Counted from the stretch's first letter, positions 22,860 to 37,155 are shown. The stretch: 64,000 nucleotides of DNA from Camelus dromedarius (GCF_036321535.1 NC_087436.1:12400001-12464000), one strand, 5' to 3'. A program made the numbers and translations. Notes: a model not told the origin generated them from the letters alone.

Positions 22860-24200
22860 AAATACTTATTTAGGTCTATTGCGTGCCAGACACTCTGTGC
22901 TAAGTATTTAGGGATACACTGGTGAGCGAAAGCAAGTGCAGTCTGTATTAAAAACAAAAAGCAAGCACAGTGCTAAATAACCCTCTTGGAAATTCTCAGT
23001 CTGTTGGAGATCATAGTAAATCAAATGATCCCACAAATGAATTTAAAATCACTATGACATGACACTGTCAAAGCATATAACAGGGAAGATGAATTAGTTA
23101 AAGAACAGGGATGATTCCTTTGAGAAAATGATGATTCAACTGAAATATGAAGGGAAAAGTGGAAGAAAATAGGCAAAGAGAGAAGAGAAGGATTTTCCGT
23201 GCAGCATTTATGAAGCCCTGTAGGATGACACACTGCTCTTTAGAGAAACTGTAAAAAAGCCATGATTCTAGAGCCACTATGTGTGAGGGAGGTAGAAGTC
23301 AAGGGAAGCTGCTCTAGGAAGGGCTGTTTCCATCCCCAGGGGTCTTGGAGAGTTTTAAACAGACAGTAACATGAACAAAGCTGCACTTAAAAAGATGCCA
23401 CTGGCTGCAGTGAAAAAATGGATTCAGGAGGAGCAAGGGTGAATGTGTATAAGGCCTACAGGGAGCCTTCTTAACAGTTTAGGTGGCAGTGGAAATGGAG
23501 AGAAGTAGATGAATTTGAGAAAGATTTATGAGGTAAAACTTACGTGGTTTGAAGTTGAATTAGATATGGGCTTTATTGCTAAGGACCTGTAATACTACAA
23601 ACCATCCCTTGTCCGTTCACTCTCCTTCTTTTCTAGATGTCTATTTCATGACTTCTCCTTCATTGTCAACCACCTACATCTGTCTCCCCCATCCTCACTC
23701 TCAGCTGATGACCTTTTTTCTGAGTCACTGAGAAATGGAAGTAATCAGAGGACAAGTCCTAACTCCCCAAACTGCACATACCTACTCACCTACCAGCATC
23801 TGCACTCGTATCTTCCGTCCTCCCACTTTTAGCCTGGTTGTGTTCTCCAAGCTCTGTCTCAAGCTAGTCTGTCCACATGTTCACCTCATCCCGTCTACTC
23901 TCAACTTCTTCAGTAATTCTCCTCTTCCTGTGCTCTCTCTCTCCTGGATCATTCTCATTAGTGTGCTAAGATGCCCTTTTATCTCTTATTTTTTGAAAAA
24001 ACTCTTTGACTCCATTTTTTCCCCATAGCTAATGCTCCATTGTTTTTCAGAAACAGGAAGGGTGAGCTTGGTTTTAAACAAACTTTCTCAAGAGTTATTG
24101 GTATTTTTTCCTCCATTTCCCCTATTAGTCTCTCTTTAAACCAACTCCAACAGACCTGCACCATTCTACCAAAACTATAAGAAATCATAACCAACAAAGT
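22860..24200. mobile_element. Degenerate L2 fragments in both orientations, with a MIR fragment at ~22640-22810
   Basis: L2 3'-like tatttaggtctattgcgtgccagacactctgtgctaag, followed by purine-rich and then pyrimidine-rich L2-like stretches. Confidence 0.55.
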
Positions 24201-25501
24201 TTAGTCATGCACATTTATGTATGGTGGTCTTAGGAAACACAGGAAAAGACAGAAGAAATGGTAACCCTTAGTCACACTACATCATCATGTTAACTAATCA
24301 GCACAAACTAGCAACCTAAACATTTCATGTAAATTCACATTGATTGACCTTCCAGCTGAGCTACTAGGGGGGAATGTTACAGACAAACGTTAATGTGAAC
24401 ATTTACAGCCAGTTGTGTTGACTTATTTCAGCCTTTCTACAATTCACAGCTATCTCAAAATTTAACTATTAATTTTTCAACTATATTGCATTCATAGTTA
24501 TTTTGTGAAAAAAATCATATATGCTTTTGTCTTTATAGGATCCTTGCAAATATCCACGTAAAAAAAAAATGCCATTATTGACCACAAGAATAGCAGAATT
24601 TAGAATATATCCAGGCAGAGGGAGAGAAAGGGAATGAGAGAAACATTAGAACTGATTTCCTGAAATAATTTGTCTTAATCAGAATGTATCTCATAGTGAA
24701 ACAGATGAAGTCAGGAAACAGTACGATATAAGAAGTGGAAGGAACAAAGATTTATTACAACTGGATAGGTTTTGAGATCAGAGTTACAAATGTCACAAAA
24801 GTAAACGGTCTGAAAGAATGTACTTTTTCTGGGAAAATAATGAATTTAATAAAATAAACTGTTAAGACATGTTATGTCTCTGCCATTATAGACTTCCTCG
24901 GCATTTCTATTTAAATTCTACATTAGACATTCTAGTTCTCATTTATACATCTGGCATAAATCAAAACTCATGAATTTGTTAAAGGATTTTTGGTTGGTGT
25001 TGCTATTCAAGAAAATGAGTTGATTCATAATATTTTACAACTTGCTTCTAGTGGATTTAAATATTGTTATTTTGGTGTTGAATAGTAATAAGGATCTCAG
25101 AATGATGAAGCTGAGGATGTTTATATATCATTCCAAAAATACTGCAATATAGCAACTCAGCTAGGCTTAAAGAGGGGTACCAAAATATGTGCCAGAGGAT
25201 GTTCTGTTGACCAAATTTAGCAAATTTTCATCTCAACTATTACCATTAATGCTCTCAATAGCTTCCAGTTTACAAAAAAAGTAGTGACAGTAAGGTATAT
25301 ATTTAAGATAATACAACACTTGGCTTTCTTCTATGCTCAGATTGAATAATCACTTAGAAAATACTAAGAATAATAATAAAAAATCATGAAAAAAAACAAA
25401 ATATAAACTTTTCACTGCTCACAAGACAAAGTCCAGTAACTTAGTTTTAAAAGATACACATCATGGCTATTATGTGTACAATATCCCATAGCTGTAAGTT
25501 T

Positions 25502-25660
25502 AGGGCTGTGTTGTCCAATATGGAAGCCCTAATGGCACATGGCTGTTGTGCACTTGAAATATGAATAACCCAAACTGAGATGTGCTGTAAGTAAAAAGTA
25601 CTCACCAATTTGGAAAGTTTGTCATTTGAAAAAAGAAAGTAAAGTATCTCATTAAAGACT
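25502..25660. mobile_element. hAT-Charlie (MER3-like) DNA transposon remnant
   Basis: gtgttgtccaatatggaagcc..cacatggct..cacttgaaat..aactgagatgtgctgtaagt. Confidence 0.65.
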
Positions 25661-27960
25661 TCTAGAACCTTCCCCAGAATGTAGAGTGCAGGAAAAAATA
25701 TCACTTCCATCTTTATTAAAAAAGAAACTGAAATAACTTCAAGTTCATGACTTTTATCATCTATTAGAGAACTGAGGTTGTGAAACAGCTAACTGCCCAA
25801 ACTCTAAGGAAAGACAGGCATCCTCAGGGAGAGAGGATATGCAAGCACTCACTTACTAGAAGCTGCTGGACACTAATAGGGAGAACTCAACCATAACAGT
25901 TGACACATTGGTGAAGGCCCACAGCATACCGGCAGGGCAGTGATGAACCCTTGGGAGCTAGAGAAATGGGAGCAGTCCACACCCTCTTTCTGAATCTTCT
26001 CCACGAATCCCACCATGTAATCACAGAAAAAGCCTGGAGAGCCTGAAGAATGTGTTGGTTTAGTGCAGCCCTGAGGGTGGGGACTAGCACCTGTGGAGGA
26101 GCGCCAAGACGCGGCCCTTGACCCTGTCCCCATCTCCTCATAAGGAACCCACGCCTGCAGGAGGGAGACAAACCGTTTCACCCTAGAGCACTGAGGGGAG
26201 GGAACAGGAAGTCCACACTCCCAGGGAGGGGCAGGAATACACGCTGGGCCCACATAGCCAGGAAAGGGGCAGAAGAATGGAGAGGATCACACTTCTGACA
26301 CCCAGGGACACGGTTCCTGCTGCGTCTGAGGCTTCGGACAGAGAACAGTTGCCACCACCGGTCCAACAGCTCCAGGGAACAACAGTGTGCAAAGACACCG
26401 TCTCTGAGGTGCAGCTAAAGCCATGGGCGGCACAAATATGAATGTGCTGAATCTGTCCTCATTCTACACAAAAGGTATCACTATAGAAATTCAAAGGGTG
26501 CTTTCGGTTGAACCATAGTAACTACAAGCCTCAAAGCTAGCCCAGCTTCCATTCAAACCCCTATACTAAAGACCTAACAGATGGAAAAGTGTGCCCATTT
26601 CCAAGTGTGCCCATTTCCATACATATACACACATATAAAATGAAAAACACACTTCCAAGAAATAAAACAATCATCAGAACCAAGCTCAAATATGACACAG
26701 GTGTCAAAAGTATGTAATAGGAAAATTAAAATCACTATGACCAATATGTTTATGGCTCTAAAAGAAATGGTAGGTCACATGCAAAATCAAATGGATAACT
26801 TCAGCAGAGAGATGGGAACACTGAGAAATGATCAAATGGAAATGAGAGATCAAATGAGAAAAACAGTAACAAAGAATGTTTCTACTCTGTTCACAAGTAT
26901 ACACAACACAGCCAGGGAAGGTGTAAGTGAACTTGGAAATAGGCCAATAGAATTTACCCAAACTAAGAGAAAGAGTGAGCAAAAACAGAACAGAGCATCC
27001 ACAGCACTGGGATAGGATTAAGCAGTATAACATACATGCAGAATTCCGGAAGGAAAAGAGAGATAGAACTTGGCAGAAGAAATCTTCTTAATACTAATGA
27101 AAAATTGATGACTGAGAATTTTCTAAAGTTAATAGCATATGCCAAAGAGCAGATTCAAAAACTCAAAGAACAACAGCAGGAAAAGACCAAAACACAAAAA
27201 CCAAACAAAACAGAACAAAACATAGCCACATACATAGACATGTCATATTCAAACTATTGAAAACAAAAGTCAAAAAGAAAATCTTGATGACATGCAGGGG
27301 AATAAAACTAAAAAATATAGCTGAATTCTCACGAGAAATCATGAAAGCATTAAGACAATGAAATGGTATCTGTGATGTACTAAAGAATAAAACAGAGCTG
27401 TCAACTCATAACTGTATAGTCAGCATTTTGTATAATTCTACAGCGGTGTTAAATAAGAAAAGTTTTTTTTAATTGAAGTATGGTTGGTTTACAATGTTGT
27501 GTTAATTTAAACAAGAAAAGTTTAATACAGACTTTCAAAGAAAAGAAATACATTATGAAATAGAAACTTGGACCTATATAAAGAAATGCAGAGGGCTGGA
27601 CAAGAATAAAGATGAAATAAAGTTGTATGTCTTAGGTTAAACAAATATGAAAAATAATAGACAGTCCAAAGCAGAAATAATAGCAAAGTAGTTTGTGTTT
27701 ACAACAAAAAGTAAAGTAAATTGTTATCCGTAGCACAAAGGATGGGAGAGAAGAATTGAGAATATGCTGCTTCAAGATCTTCATGCTACACATGAAGTGG
27801 TATAATGTTTAAAGGGAGATTGATTAATTTAGAAAGCATATTTTAAATTTTAGAACATTATAATAAATCACTTATGGAGATAAAATGGAATCATAAAAAA
27901 CTCAATTAATCAAAATAAGATCAAGAAAGTGTCGTAAAGACGAAAGGAACAAATAGAACA
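25660..27960 (+). mobile_element. Old L1 5'UTR and ORF1 remnant
   Basis: GC-richer 5' part followed by A-rich sequence with ORF1-like peptides (MQNQMDNFSREMGTLR, SELGNRPIEFTQ, LMTENFLKL). Confidence 0.7.
27466..27506 (-). mobile_element. Extremely truncated (41 bp) L1 3' end with 17-bp TSD
   Basis: T tail plus aattgaagtatggttggtttacaatgttgtg, flanked by ttaaataagaaaagttt (27449-27465) and ttaaacaagaaaagttt (27507-27523). Confidence 0.8.
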
Positions 27961-30900
27961 ATTAGTGAGACGGCTCTGAGCTGTCCAGCAACCACCAGCC
28001 TTTGTGTCAGCCCCACTGAGGGCCTAGATATTATGGAGCAGAGATGGGCCATACTTTGTGTGATCTGTTCAAATTTCTGACCTAAAAAATTGTGAGATAG
28101 AATAATAACAAATTGTTATTTAAGCCAGTATGTCTTAGGGTGGCTTATTATATAGTGATAAATAAGGCAAATTGTTGGGAATTATTAAATTAAAAGAAAC
28201 AAACAAAAAAATCAACCCAAATCAACCCAGATAAAAATATATTTCTGCTAAGAATACAGAAGTGTCTCAAACACTTAATTTATTTTTTCATTTAACAAAT
28301 GTTTGTTGAGCGCTTTCTACACACACCTACTGAAGGTATTATTGTGCTTGGTAATTGACATGTGTTGTTTCATTTGATCTATTTCACAGATAAAGAATTT
28401 GAGGTCAGGGGTAAGCTATTTGTCAAGGACTCCATAAGCAATTGAGTTGGGATCCAGGTTTAGGTCAGACTGTAGCTCTAATAATTATAAAAATCTGCTC
28501 TTCTCAGGCAGACACTTGATTTTAAGAAACATACTTCTGCCTCACATACCATCAAAAGCATTTAGGCAGCAGCTCACCCTGTCCCTCTATCTGGTTCACA
28601 TACACTGTCTTCTGTACATAGTTCAGGTCAACAGGCTAGCGTATCAGCCCTGGCGTTGTCACTGACTCCTTTGTGGGGAGTCAATACAAAAAGATACTAA
28701 AGAGACAGGGTTGATTTCTGTGAGGATGAAGGAAACAGTGATTCAGGGATTCTAATTCAGCGTAGCCATCATGAACAGAGGCTTGAGGGTAAAACGGATT
28801 CAAATCCCAGCCATTCTGTTTTCTAGCTGTGAGGGAAATTTTTTAACCTGGCTAAGTCTCAATCCTCATATATACATGGATAATAAAACTTCACAGATAT
28901 ATCTTACGATTCAAATGAAATAACGTTAATAATGTCCCTGGTTCTCAGTTAAGCTGCTATTATTTTAGGGCCTTTGGATAACAGGATGGTCAGAGAGTTT
29001 AATTAACTGAGACATGGTAATAGAACGGAGAATGAATTCTGGGGGCTGCCAGTCAAATTTTGAGCATGTTGAGTCTGAAATGCTTGTGGGACATTCCACT
29101 GAAGATTAACAGTGGATAGTTGGATATATGGTTCTGTAGGGAGCTAAGAAAAATTAACTCAAATGAAGTTATGGCTAATTTCTAGAGGCACTTGAATCCC
29201 AGATTGAGATATTTGAACCAACAGAAAACACTGGAAGTTTCTGAGCAGAAGAATGAATTCTGCTGCTAACATAAAAAGTTCTGTACAGAAATCATCCTTC
29301 CATATGTGACTCTCCAATAGTAAAATATGAAAAAGTTGAATATTATAATATTTTTTAAATCACAGAGATTAAAACTTTTAATCACTTTTTGTGTGAATAC
29401 TTTTTAATATCATAAAGCAGTGGAGAATGATGTATTTCTCTAATGTCAATACCATCTGGAAAATTATGCTATTTTTTGAAAGAAGTCAATGTGTATTATT
29501 AAAGCTTTGTAAAAATTTTTATTCAGGGAATGTGTGGAGGCGGATCTCATTTGTAACCTGTACTAGAGGTCAGCAAATTGGGGCAATGACGTGTCAAATG
29601 CATCCAGATGATTGTGCACTTCACAAGTACATTTCCTCTAATGGCTGCCTCTGTGCCCCGTCCCCTCCCCCAGGGTGGCCACCGCCAATTCTAACCCACT
29701 GAGCTCGAGCACCTTGCAGCGCCGGCAAGGGAGTGCTGCTTATCTTTAGAACATCGTTCATGGTAATGCTAAGCACAACCGAGAGTAATTTGTAGCAAGA
29801 CAAAACATACCTTGGTCATCTTGCTAAGGACTTCATGTAAGTCTTGGAATGATCTGCTCAGATGAGAAGCACAGAAAGGCAAGTAACAGGCAGATGGTTG
29901 TCCTATTGCATAATATCTGAATAAGGACGACAATCCAGACTTAGAAACTTCTCAATACCATCATTTTAGGAAAGGAAAGTGAGAAAAATAGAGCAGACTC
30001 TTATCATGACAAAGACGGTATTGGTAAAGCTAAGAACTTTGGAGCTGTCAGTACATTGGCATAATATCAGCTTCTTGGATCTTATAAAAATGGCCAGAAA
30101 TCTAGGCAGACGCTGTTAACTAGAAATCTTATAAAAACAGCGAAGGAACAGAACACATCATTTTTCATTTCCAACATCAGAAGTGATTCATAGATCATCA
30201 TTCAAATGTCCATCTTACCATCTCTACTGCTTTATCTTGAAGGTAGGTACTACCTATGATTCGTTCCTTTATTTACTTATTATTTCATGAGCTTATTAAT
30301 CAAGGATATATTTTGTGCTGGATTCTATGCTAAGTGTGAGGAATTAAATAAAAAGCAAGTTCCTGGACTAGAGCTATTCTTAGTCTAAGAAGAAGAAAAT
30401 TAGATGTCAGGCAGAGACGTATACAAAAAAATCACAATACAGAAATATAAGAACAAAAGAGTTATCGTGCCAAGTGCTATGGAGCACCAACAATACAGTG
30501 ATCAACTACATCTAAGGTTGGGGAAATCAGCAACGGTCAGTGAAGACTAATGAAAAAGATCAATGTGTTATTCAAACATTTATGAAGAAAGAATAGGGTT
30601 TTATTCAAATGACAGGGGAAAGTTCATTTTTGATACCAGGAATAGAGGTATTGGATCAGTTAGAGAGATTTGAGCTGTGAGTAACAGAAAATATGATTGT
30701 ACAGAACTAAAAAATAATGACTTTTTTTTCACATTACAGGAAGATTTAGAAGCAGGATGGCCCCAGGGTTGGCTAATTCAACTGCACAATAATTGCATCA
30801 TATTCCATATCCTTTCCATCTTTTTATTTTGTCCTTTTCAGTAGATTATCAAGTTCAAAAGATAGCAGTAATAGCTCAGGATGTCACATGCAGACACCTC

Positions 30901-31714
30901 CTGTCCACCAAAGAAAGGGGATATTCTCTCCTGTGGACCTCTTTTTTTCTTTTTCTTTATTCTTTTTTTTTAAATTGAGGATCCATTTTCCCAAAAGCAC
31001 CAGGTAGACTTTTCTCACTCTCATTGGCTTGGGATAGGTAATATGCCCATGTCTAAACCAATTTCTGGTTAAAAGAATTAGTTTTGTTTAGACCAGTTCT
31101 CAGGCTAAATCTGGTCCATGAAGTAAGAGATTCTTCAAAATAATATTTGCAACTGAGTTGATAATAGGGAAAACTAACTTTAACCCCCAATTAAGCAAAA
31201 TGCTGTCCTCCCAGAAACAAATTCCATTCCTTTTATTAATAGATCTGTATTAAACTGTAGTCAATTATTACGATTATACTTAGAGTTTCATTAATAAACA
31301 TTTTAAAAATGTGTTTTTTCTCTTTTTATGTAAGTACTTGCATAATATCCTTGAATTACCCTCTTTGCTCACAAAGCCTAAAACACTATCTGGCCCTTTA
31401 CAGAAACAGTTTGCTGATCAATCATATTTCTTTTTAGTGGGGGAGAGTCTCCTCCCCTGACCACATATCTCCAGAAGGTGAATCCAGAACAGAGTTGACT
31501 CTGCTAGTAAGAGAGGTGGAGTAGGGAGTATAATTGTTGGAATAGACCCAACCACATCTGCCTCAAGTATGAATCAAGATGGTGGATGTTAAAAAATGAC
31601 TCCTAATTTGGAATGGTTACAGAATTGTGAAGAAATGGACAGAAGATGCTGTTTAAAAGTTTATTTAGTGATCAGATTATCAACAGCCAGGGATAGCATA
31701 TTAAATAAATTGTT

Positions 31715-34700
31715 TTGTTGCCTGTGCTTTTGGTGTCATATCCAAGAAACTGTTGTCTAGAGCAATGTTATGAGATTTCCCCCTGTGTTTTCTTCTGTGT
31801 TTTCACGCTTGCGAAATATCAGTTGATCTTGTATGCAGGGGTTTATTTCTGGCCTCTATATTCTGTTCCATTGGTTTATATGTCTGTCTTCATGCCAATA
31901 CCATGCTGTTATAATTACTGTAACTTTGTAATATATTTTGAAATCAGGAAGTGTGATATGTCTCCAGCTTTGTTCTTCTTTCTCAAGATTGTTTTGGCTG
32001 TTTGGCGTCCTTTGTGTTTCTATATGAATTTTAGAATTGTTCTTTCTATTACTGTAAAAAGCGCTATTGTGATTTGGATAGGAACTGCATTGAATGTATA
32101 GATCAAACACTTTCAGTAGTATGGGCATTTTAAGAAACCATGAGCATAAGATATGCTTGCATTTATTTGTGTCTTCTTTAATTTGTTTTATTATTTATTT
32201 GTAGTTTTTAGTGTACAGTTGTTTTACCTCCTCAATTAAGTTTACTTCTAAGTATTTCATTCTTTGTAATTTTTTTCAGTTAATTCCAAATCCGTATTTA
32301 TTAATAAGCAAGTAATAAATGTACACATCTGGAATGTGTAACTACTGAAACAAGTTTAAATCTGATTCTTTTTTTTAACATTTTTTATTGATTTATAATC
32401 ATTTTACAATGTTGTGTCAAATTCCAGTGTAGAGCACAGTTTTTCAGTTATATGTGAACATATACACACTCACTGTCACATTTTTTTCTCTGTGAGCTAC
32501 CATAAGATCTTGTGTATATCTCCCTGTGATATACAGTATAATATTGTTTATCTAGTCTACAATTTTAAAATCCCGTCTATCCCTTCCCACCCTCCATCCC
32601 CTTGGCAACCACAAGTTTGTATTCTATGTCTATGGGTCTATTTCTGTTTTGTATTTATGCTTTGTTTTTTTGTTTTTGTTTTTGTTTTTTAGATTCCACA
32701 TATGAGCGATCTCATATGGTATTTTTCTTTCTCTTTCTGGCTTACTTCACTTAGAATGACATTCTCCAGGAGCATCCATGTTGCTGCAAATGGTGTTATG
32801 TTGTCAGTTTTTATGGCTGAATAGTATTCCATTGCATAAATATACTACCACTTCTTTATCCAGCCATCTGTTGATGGACATTTAGGCTGTTTCCATGTCT
32901 TGGCTACTGTAAATAATGCTGCTATGAACATTGGGGTGCAGGTGTCATCCTGAAGTAGGGTTCCTTCTGGATACAAGCCCAGGAGCAGGATTCCTGGGTC
33001 ATACAGTAGGTCTATTCCTAGTCTTTTGAGGAATCTCCATACTGTTTTCCACAGTGGCTGCACCAAACTGCATTCCCACCAGCAGTGTAGGAGGGTTCCC
33101 CTTTCTCCACAGCCTCTCCAGCATTTGTCACTTGTGGATTTTTGAATGATGGCCATTCTGACTGGTGTGAGGTGATACCTCATTGTAGTTTTGATTTGCA
33201 TTTCTCTAATAATTAGTGATATTAAGCATTTTTTCATGTGCCTATTGATCATTCGTATATCTTCCTTGGAGAATTGCTTTTTCAGGTCTTTTGCCCATTT
33301 TTGGATTGGGTTGTTTGGTTGTTTCTTATTAAGTCATATGAGCTGCTTATATATTCTGGAGATCAAGCCTTCGTCGGTTTCATTTGCAAAGATTTTCTCT
33401 CATTCCGTAGGTTGTCTTTTTGTTTTACTTATGGTTTCCCTTGCTGTGCAGAAGCTTATAAGTTTCATTAGGTCCCATTTGTTTATTCTTGCTTTTATTT
33501 CTTCTAGGAGAGAATTTTTGAGATGTATGTCAGATAATGTTTTGCCTATATTCCTATATTTTCCTCTAGGAGGTTTATTGTATCTTGTCTTATGTTTAAG
33601 TCTTTGATCCATTTTGAGTTTATTTTTGTATATGGTGATAAGGGAGTGTTCTAGCTTCATTGTTTTACATGCTGCTGTCCAGTTTTCCCAACACCATTTG
33701 CTGAAGAGGCTGTCTTTATTCCATTGTATATTCTTGACTCCTTTGTTGAAGATGAGTTGACCAAAAGTTTGTGGCTTCATTTCTGGGCTCTCTACTCTGT
33801 TCCATTGGTCCATATGTCTGTTTTTGTACCAATACCATGCTGTCTTGATGACTGTAGCTCTATAGTATTGTCTGAAGTCTGGGAGAGTTATTCCTCCAGC
33901 CTCTTTCTTTCTCTTCAGTGATGCTTTGACAATTCTAGGTCTTTGATGGTTCCATATAAATTTTATTATGATTTGTTCTAGTTCTGTGAAATATGTCCTG
34001 GGTAATTTGATAGGGATTGCATTAAATCTGTAGGTTGCCTTGGGCAGTGTGACCATTTTAACAATTTTGATTCTTCCAATCCAAGAGCATGGGATAGCTT
34101 TCCATTTTTTAAAGTCTTCTTTAATTTCCCTCATCAATGGTTTATACTTTTCTGTGTATAATTCTTTCACCTCCTTGGTTAGATTTATTCCTAGGTATTT
34201 TGTTACTTTGGGTGCTATTTTGTATTCTTTGTAATGTTATTTTAAAAGAGAGAGTTTTCTTAGTTTCCTTTTCACATAATCCATTGTTAGCATACAGAAA
34301 CACAGCTGATTTTTGTATGTCAATTTTGTATTCTGCAGCTTTACTGAATATGTCTATTAGTTCCAACAATTGTTTGTGTGTGTGTGTATGTATGGAGTCT
34401 GTTGGATCCAGCAATTCCACTTCTGGGTATTTATCCAAAATATTTGAAATCAGGATCTCAAAGAGATATTTGCACTGTCATGTTCATTGCAGCACTATTC
34501 ACAATAGCCAAAATGCAGAAACAACCTAAATGATTATTCAGCTTTAAAAAAGAAGGAAATCCTGCAATATGCAACAACATGGTGAACCTAGAAGACATTA
34601 TGCTAAATGAAATGTCAGTCATTGAAGAACAAGTGCTATATAATTCCACTTAAATGAGGCATCTAATATACAGTTGAACTCATAGAAGCAGAGGGTAGAA

Positions 34701-34878
34701 TGGCGGGGAAGGGGAAGTGGGGAGTCGTTCTTCTATTCCTGTAAAGTTTCAGTTTTACAGGATAAGTAAGTTTAAAGATCTGCTGTACAACATCATGCCT
34801 ACAGTTACCAATACTATATTGTCCACTTAAAATTTTGTTAAAAGAACATACTAAATGTTCTTGTTATAATAAAAAAGC
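31715..34878. mobile_element. Older L1: minus-strand ORF2 (31715-32270 and 34236-34400) joined to a plus-strand 3' end (34403-34878); host of a younger L1
   Basis: ORF2 peptide [21 protein letters not shown] on the minus strand. Orientation switches near 34400 to gatccagcaattccacttctgggtat...aataaaaaa. Confidence 0.75.
32271..34223 (-). mobile_element. Young 5'-truncated L1 with 3' transduction
   Basis: Long ORF2 ORFs (33400-34170, 32845-33252), L1 tail near 32369, second tail at 32271-32276, and perfect TSD attctttgtaat at 32259-32270 / 34224-34235. Confidence 0.93.
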
Positions 34879-34982
34879 AGGACAGAAAAAAGCAAATTCA
34901 AATTTTATCCTCCAAATAATAGGGAGCAGTTGAAAGATTTCAACAGTAGATGATGTGATCAAAATGGACTTTTACATGCTAT

Positions 34983-35381
34983 TGCTAAGGAACAAAATCC
35001 AACTGAGTATATTTTAAAGATTTTATTGGCTTTATTCCGTGATTCATGAATCAGGCAGCATCCAACCCAGCAGACAGAAAGGAGCTCCCAAAAGCTGTAC
35101 AAAGCAAGAGCTTTCGTAGGAAGAAGACAGCAGTGACGAGGACGTTACACTGGGCATTTGCTTTTTGGCTAAAGCAGGGTTATCTCCTTTACATGGAGCA
35201 AAGGGGAGACTTGGAGCTGCGTCAGGTAACTTGCTCTGAGCAGGCAAACACTGATTGGTTGACCTAGGACCTTTTTTTTTTCTGGGAAAGTCATATATAA
35301 AAACTTAGTTAAGTTTTGGTTTCCTGATGTAGGGCTTAGCATGAGTGACCCTATCTTGGGCCTAATCTGGTTACTTTAACA
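34983..35381 (-). mobile_element. Probable ERV solo LTR
   Basis: TG...CA bounded ~400 bp segment with minus-strand AATAAA near 35030, CCAAT near 35255, and flanks ctat/atat. Confidence 0.5.
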
Positions 35382-36145
35382 ATATCTTAGCAGAGTATGG
35401 TGTATGCATTGGACTGGGGCAAACAAGGTTGGAAGCAAAGGTCCATTTAGGAGGGAGTTTCAGTGCTCCTCATTAAAGCAAAAACTGAAGCACATATGGC
35501 AGGGATGAAGACAGATGGACTCTTGGAAGAATTTATATTGTGGAGGATGGGAGAATTCAAGATCACTCTCTGACCTATAGGTTGAACGCCAGTATTACTA
35601 AATATTACGGTAAATATAAGCAAGAGGAAACACTTTAAGGAAAGAGTTTTAAATTTGTTGAGTGCAAGAAGATGAGCTCAGTCAAAAGCTGGAAATCCTC
35701 TGGACTAGGTCTCAATTTCTTACCAGTCTGTATCTTTCTTGCCTATTATAGGCTGTTAAATGTGGCTGAAGCTGATTCGTTATTTATTTAATGATAAAGT
35801 CTGCCAAATCAGGTTATTTAAAATTGAACTGTTGTTAGTTGGAGCCTGATATAAAATATTAACTTTGACAGTATGAATTCTAGCTATTTCTTGCATAAAC
35901 ATTGCTTGACATGGTCTAAAAATTATGGATCCCACTAGAATAAAATTACGTTTCTGGTATGTATTCATTGATAAAATGCCTAATGATTAAATGCCATGCT
36001 GAATTTTTATTAATCAAAACAGGATCTCATGTATTTGAAATAGGATAGTGCATTTGTGTACTCAATGCATTATTTATTCAATCAACAGACAACACTTAGT
36101 GTGCATATGGAGTTACAGACCCTTGAAGTTAAACCAAACACCCAA

Positions 36146-37155
36146 CCTGAAGTAGGGTTCCTTCTGGATATGTGCCCAGAAGTGGGATTCCTGGGTCATA
36201 CAGTAAGTCTATTCCTAGTCTTTTGAGGAATCTCCACACTGTATTCCACAGTGGCTGCACCAAACTGCATTCCCACCAGCAGTGAAGGAGGGTTCCCTTT
36301 TCTCCACAGCCTCTCCAGCATTTGTCACTTGTGGATTTTTGAATGATGGCCATTCTGACTGGTGTGAGGTGATATCTCATTGTAGTTTTGATTTGCATTT
36401 CTCTGATAATTAGTGATATTGAGCATTTTTTCATGTGCCTATTGATCATTTGTATGTCTTCCTTGCACCCCAATGTTCATAGCAGCATTATTTACAGTAG
36501 CCAAGACATGTAAACAGCCTAAATGTCCATCAACAGATGACTGGATAAAGAAGTGGTGGTATATTTATACAATGGAATACTACTCAGTCATAAAAATGAC
36601 AGCATAAGGCCATATGCAGCAACGTGGATGCTCCTGGAGAATGTCATTCTAAGTGAAGTAAGCCAGAAAGAGAAAGAAAAACACCATATGAGCTTGCTTA
36701 TATGTGGAATCTAAAAAGAAAAAAAAAAGCAAAGCATAAATACCAAACAGAAATAGACTCACAGACATAGAATATAAACTTGTGGTTGCCAAGGGGGCAG
36801 GGGGTGGGTAGAGATAGACAGGGATTTCAGAATTGTAGAATAGATAAACAAGATTGTACTGTATAGCACAGGGAAATATACACAAGATCTTATGGTAGCT
36901 CACAGAGAAAAAAAAGTGACAATAAATATATACATGTTCATGTATAACTGAAAAAATTGTGCTGAACACTGGAATTTGACACAACATTGCAAACTGATTA
37001 TAAATCAATAAAAATGTTTAAAAAAAGAAACACATAAGAAGAATAAGAGAGGTAAGCTCTGGTGGTAACATGAACTATTAGATCTGGGGGATTATGAGAA
37101 TAAAGGGCATTAAATTACCCTTTGCAGCAAAAAAACAAAAAAAACAAAACAAAAA
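36146..37155 (+). mobile_element. Young L1 with 5' inversion (twin priming) and 3' transduction
   Basis: Minus segment 36146-36464, plus segment 36464-37026, unique sequence 37027-37128, A-rich tail 37129-37155. TSD aaacacccaa at 36136-36145 / 37156-37165. Confidence 0.92.

Noticed and set aside
33400..34170. 256-aa L1 ORF2 ORF as an active or domesticated gene
   Set aside because: The element is 5'-truncated, lacks the endonuclease and most of the RT, and is frameshifted.
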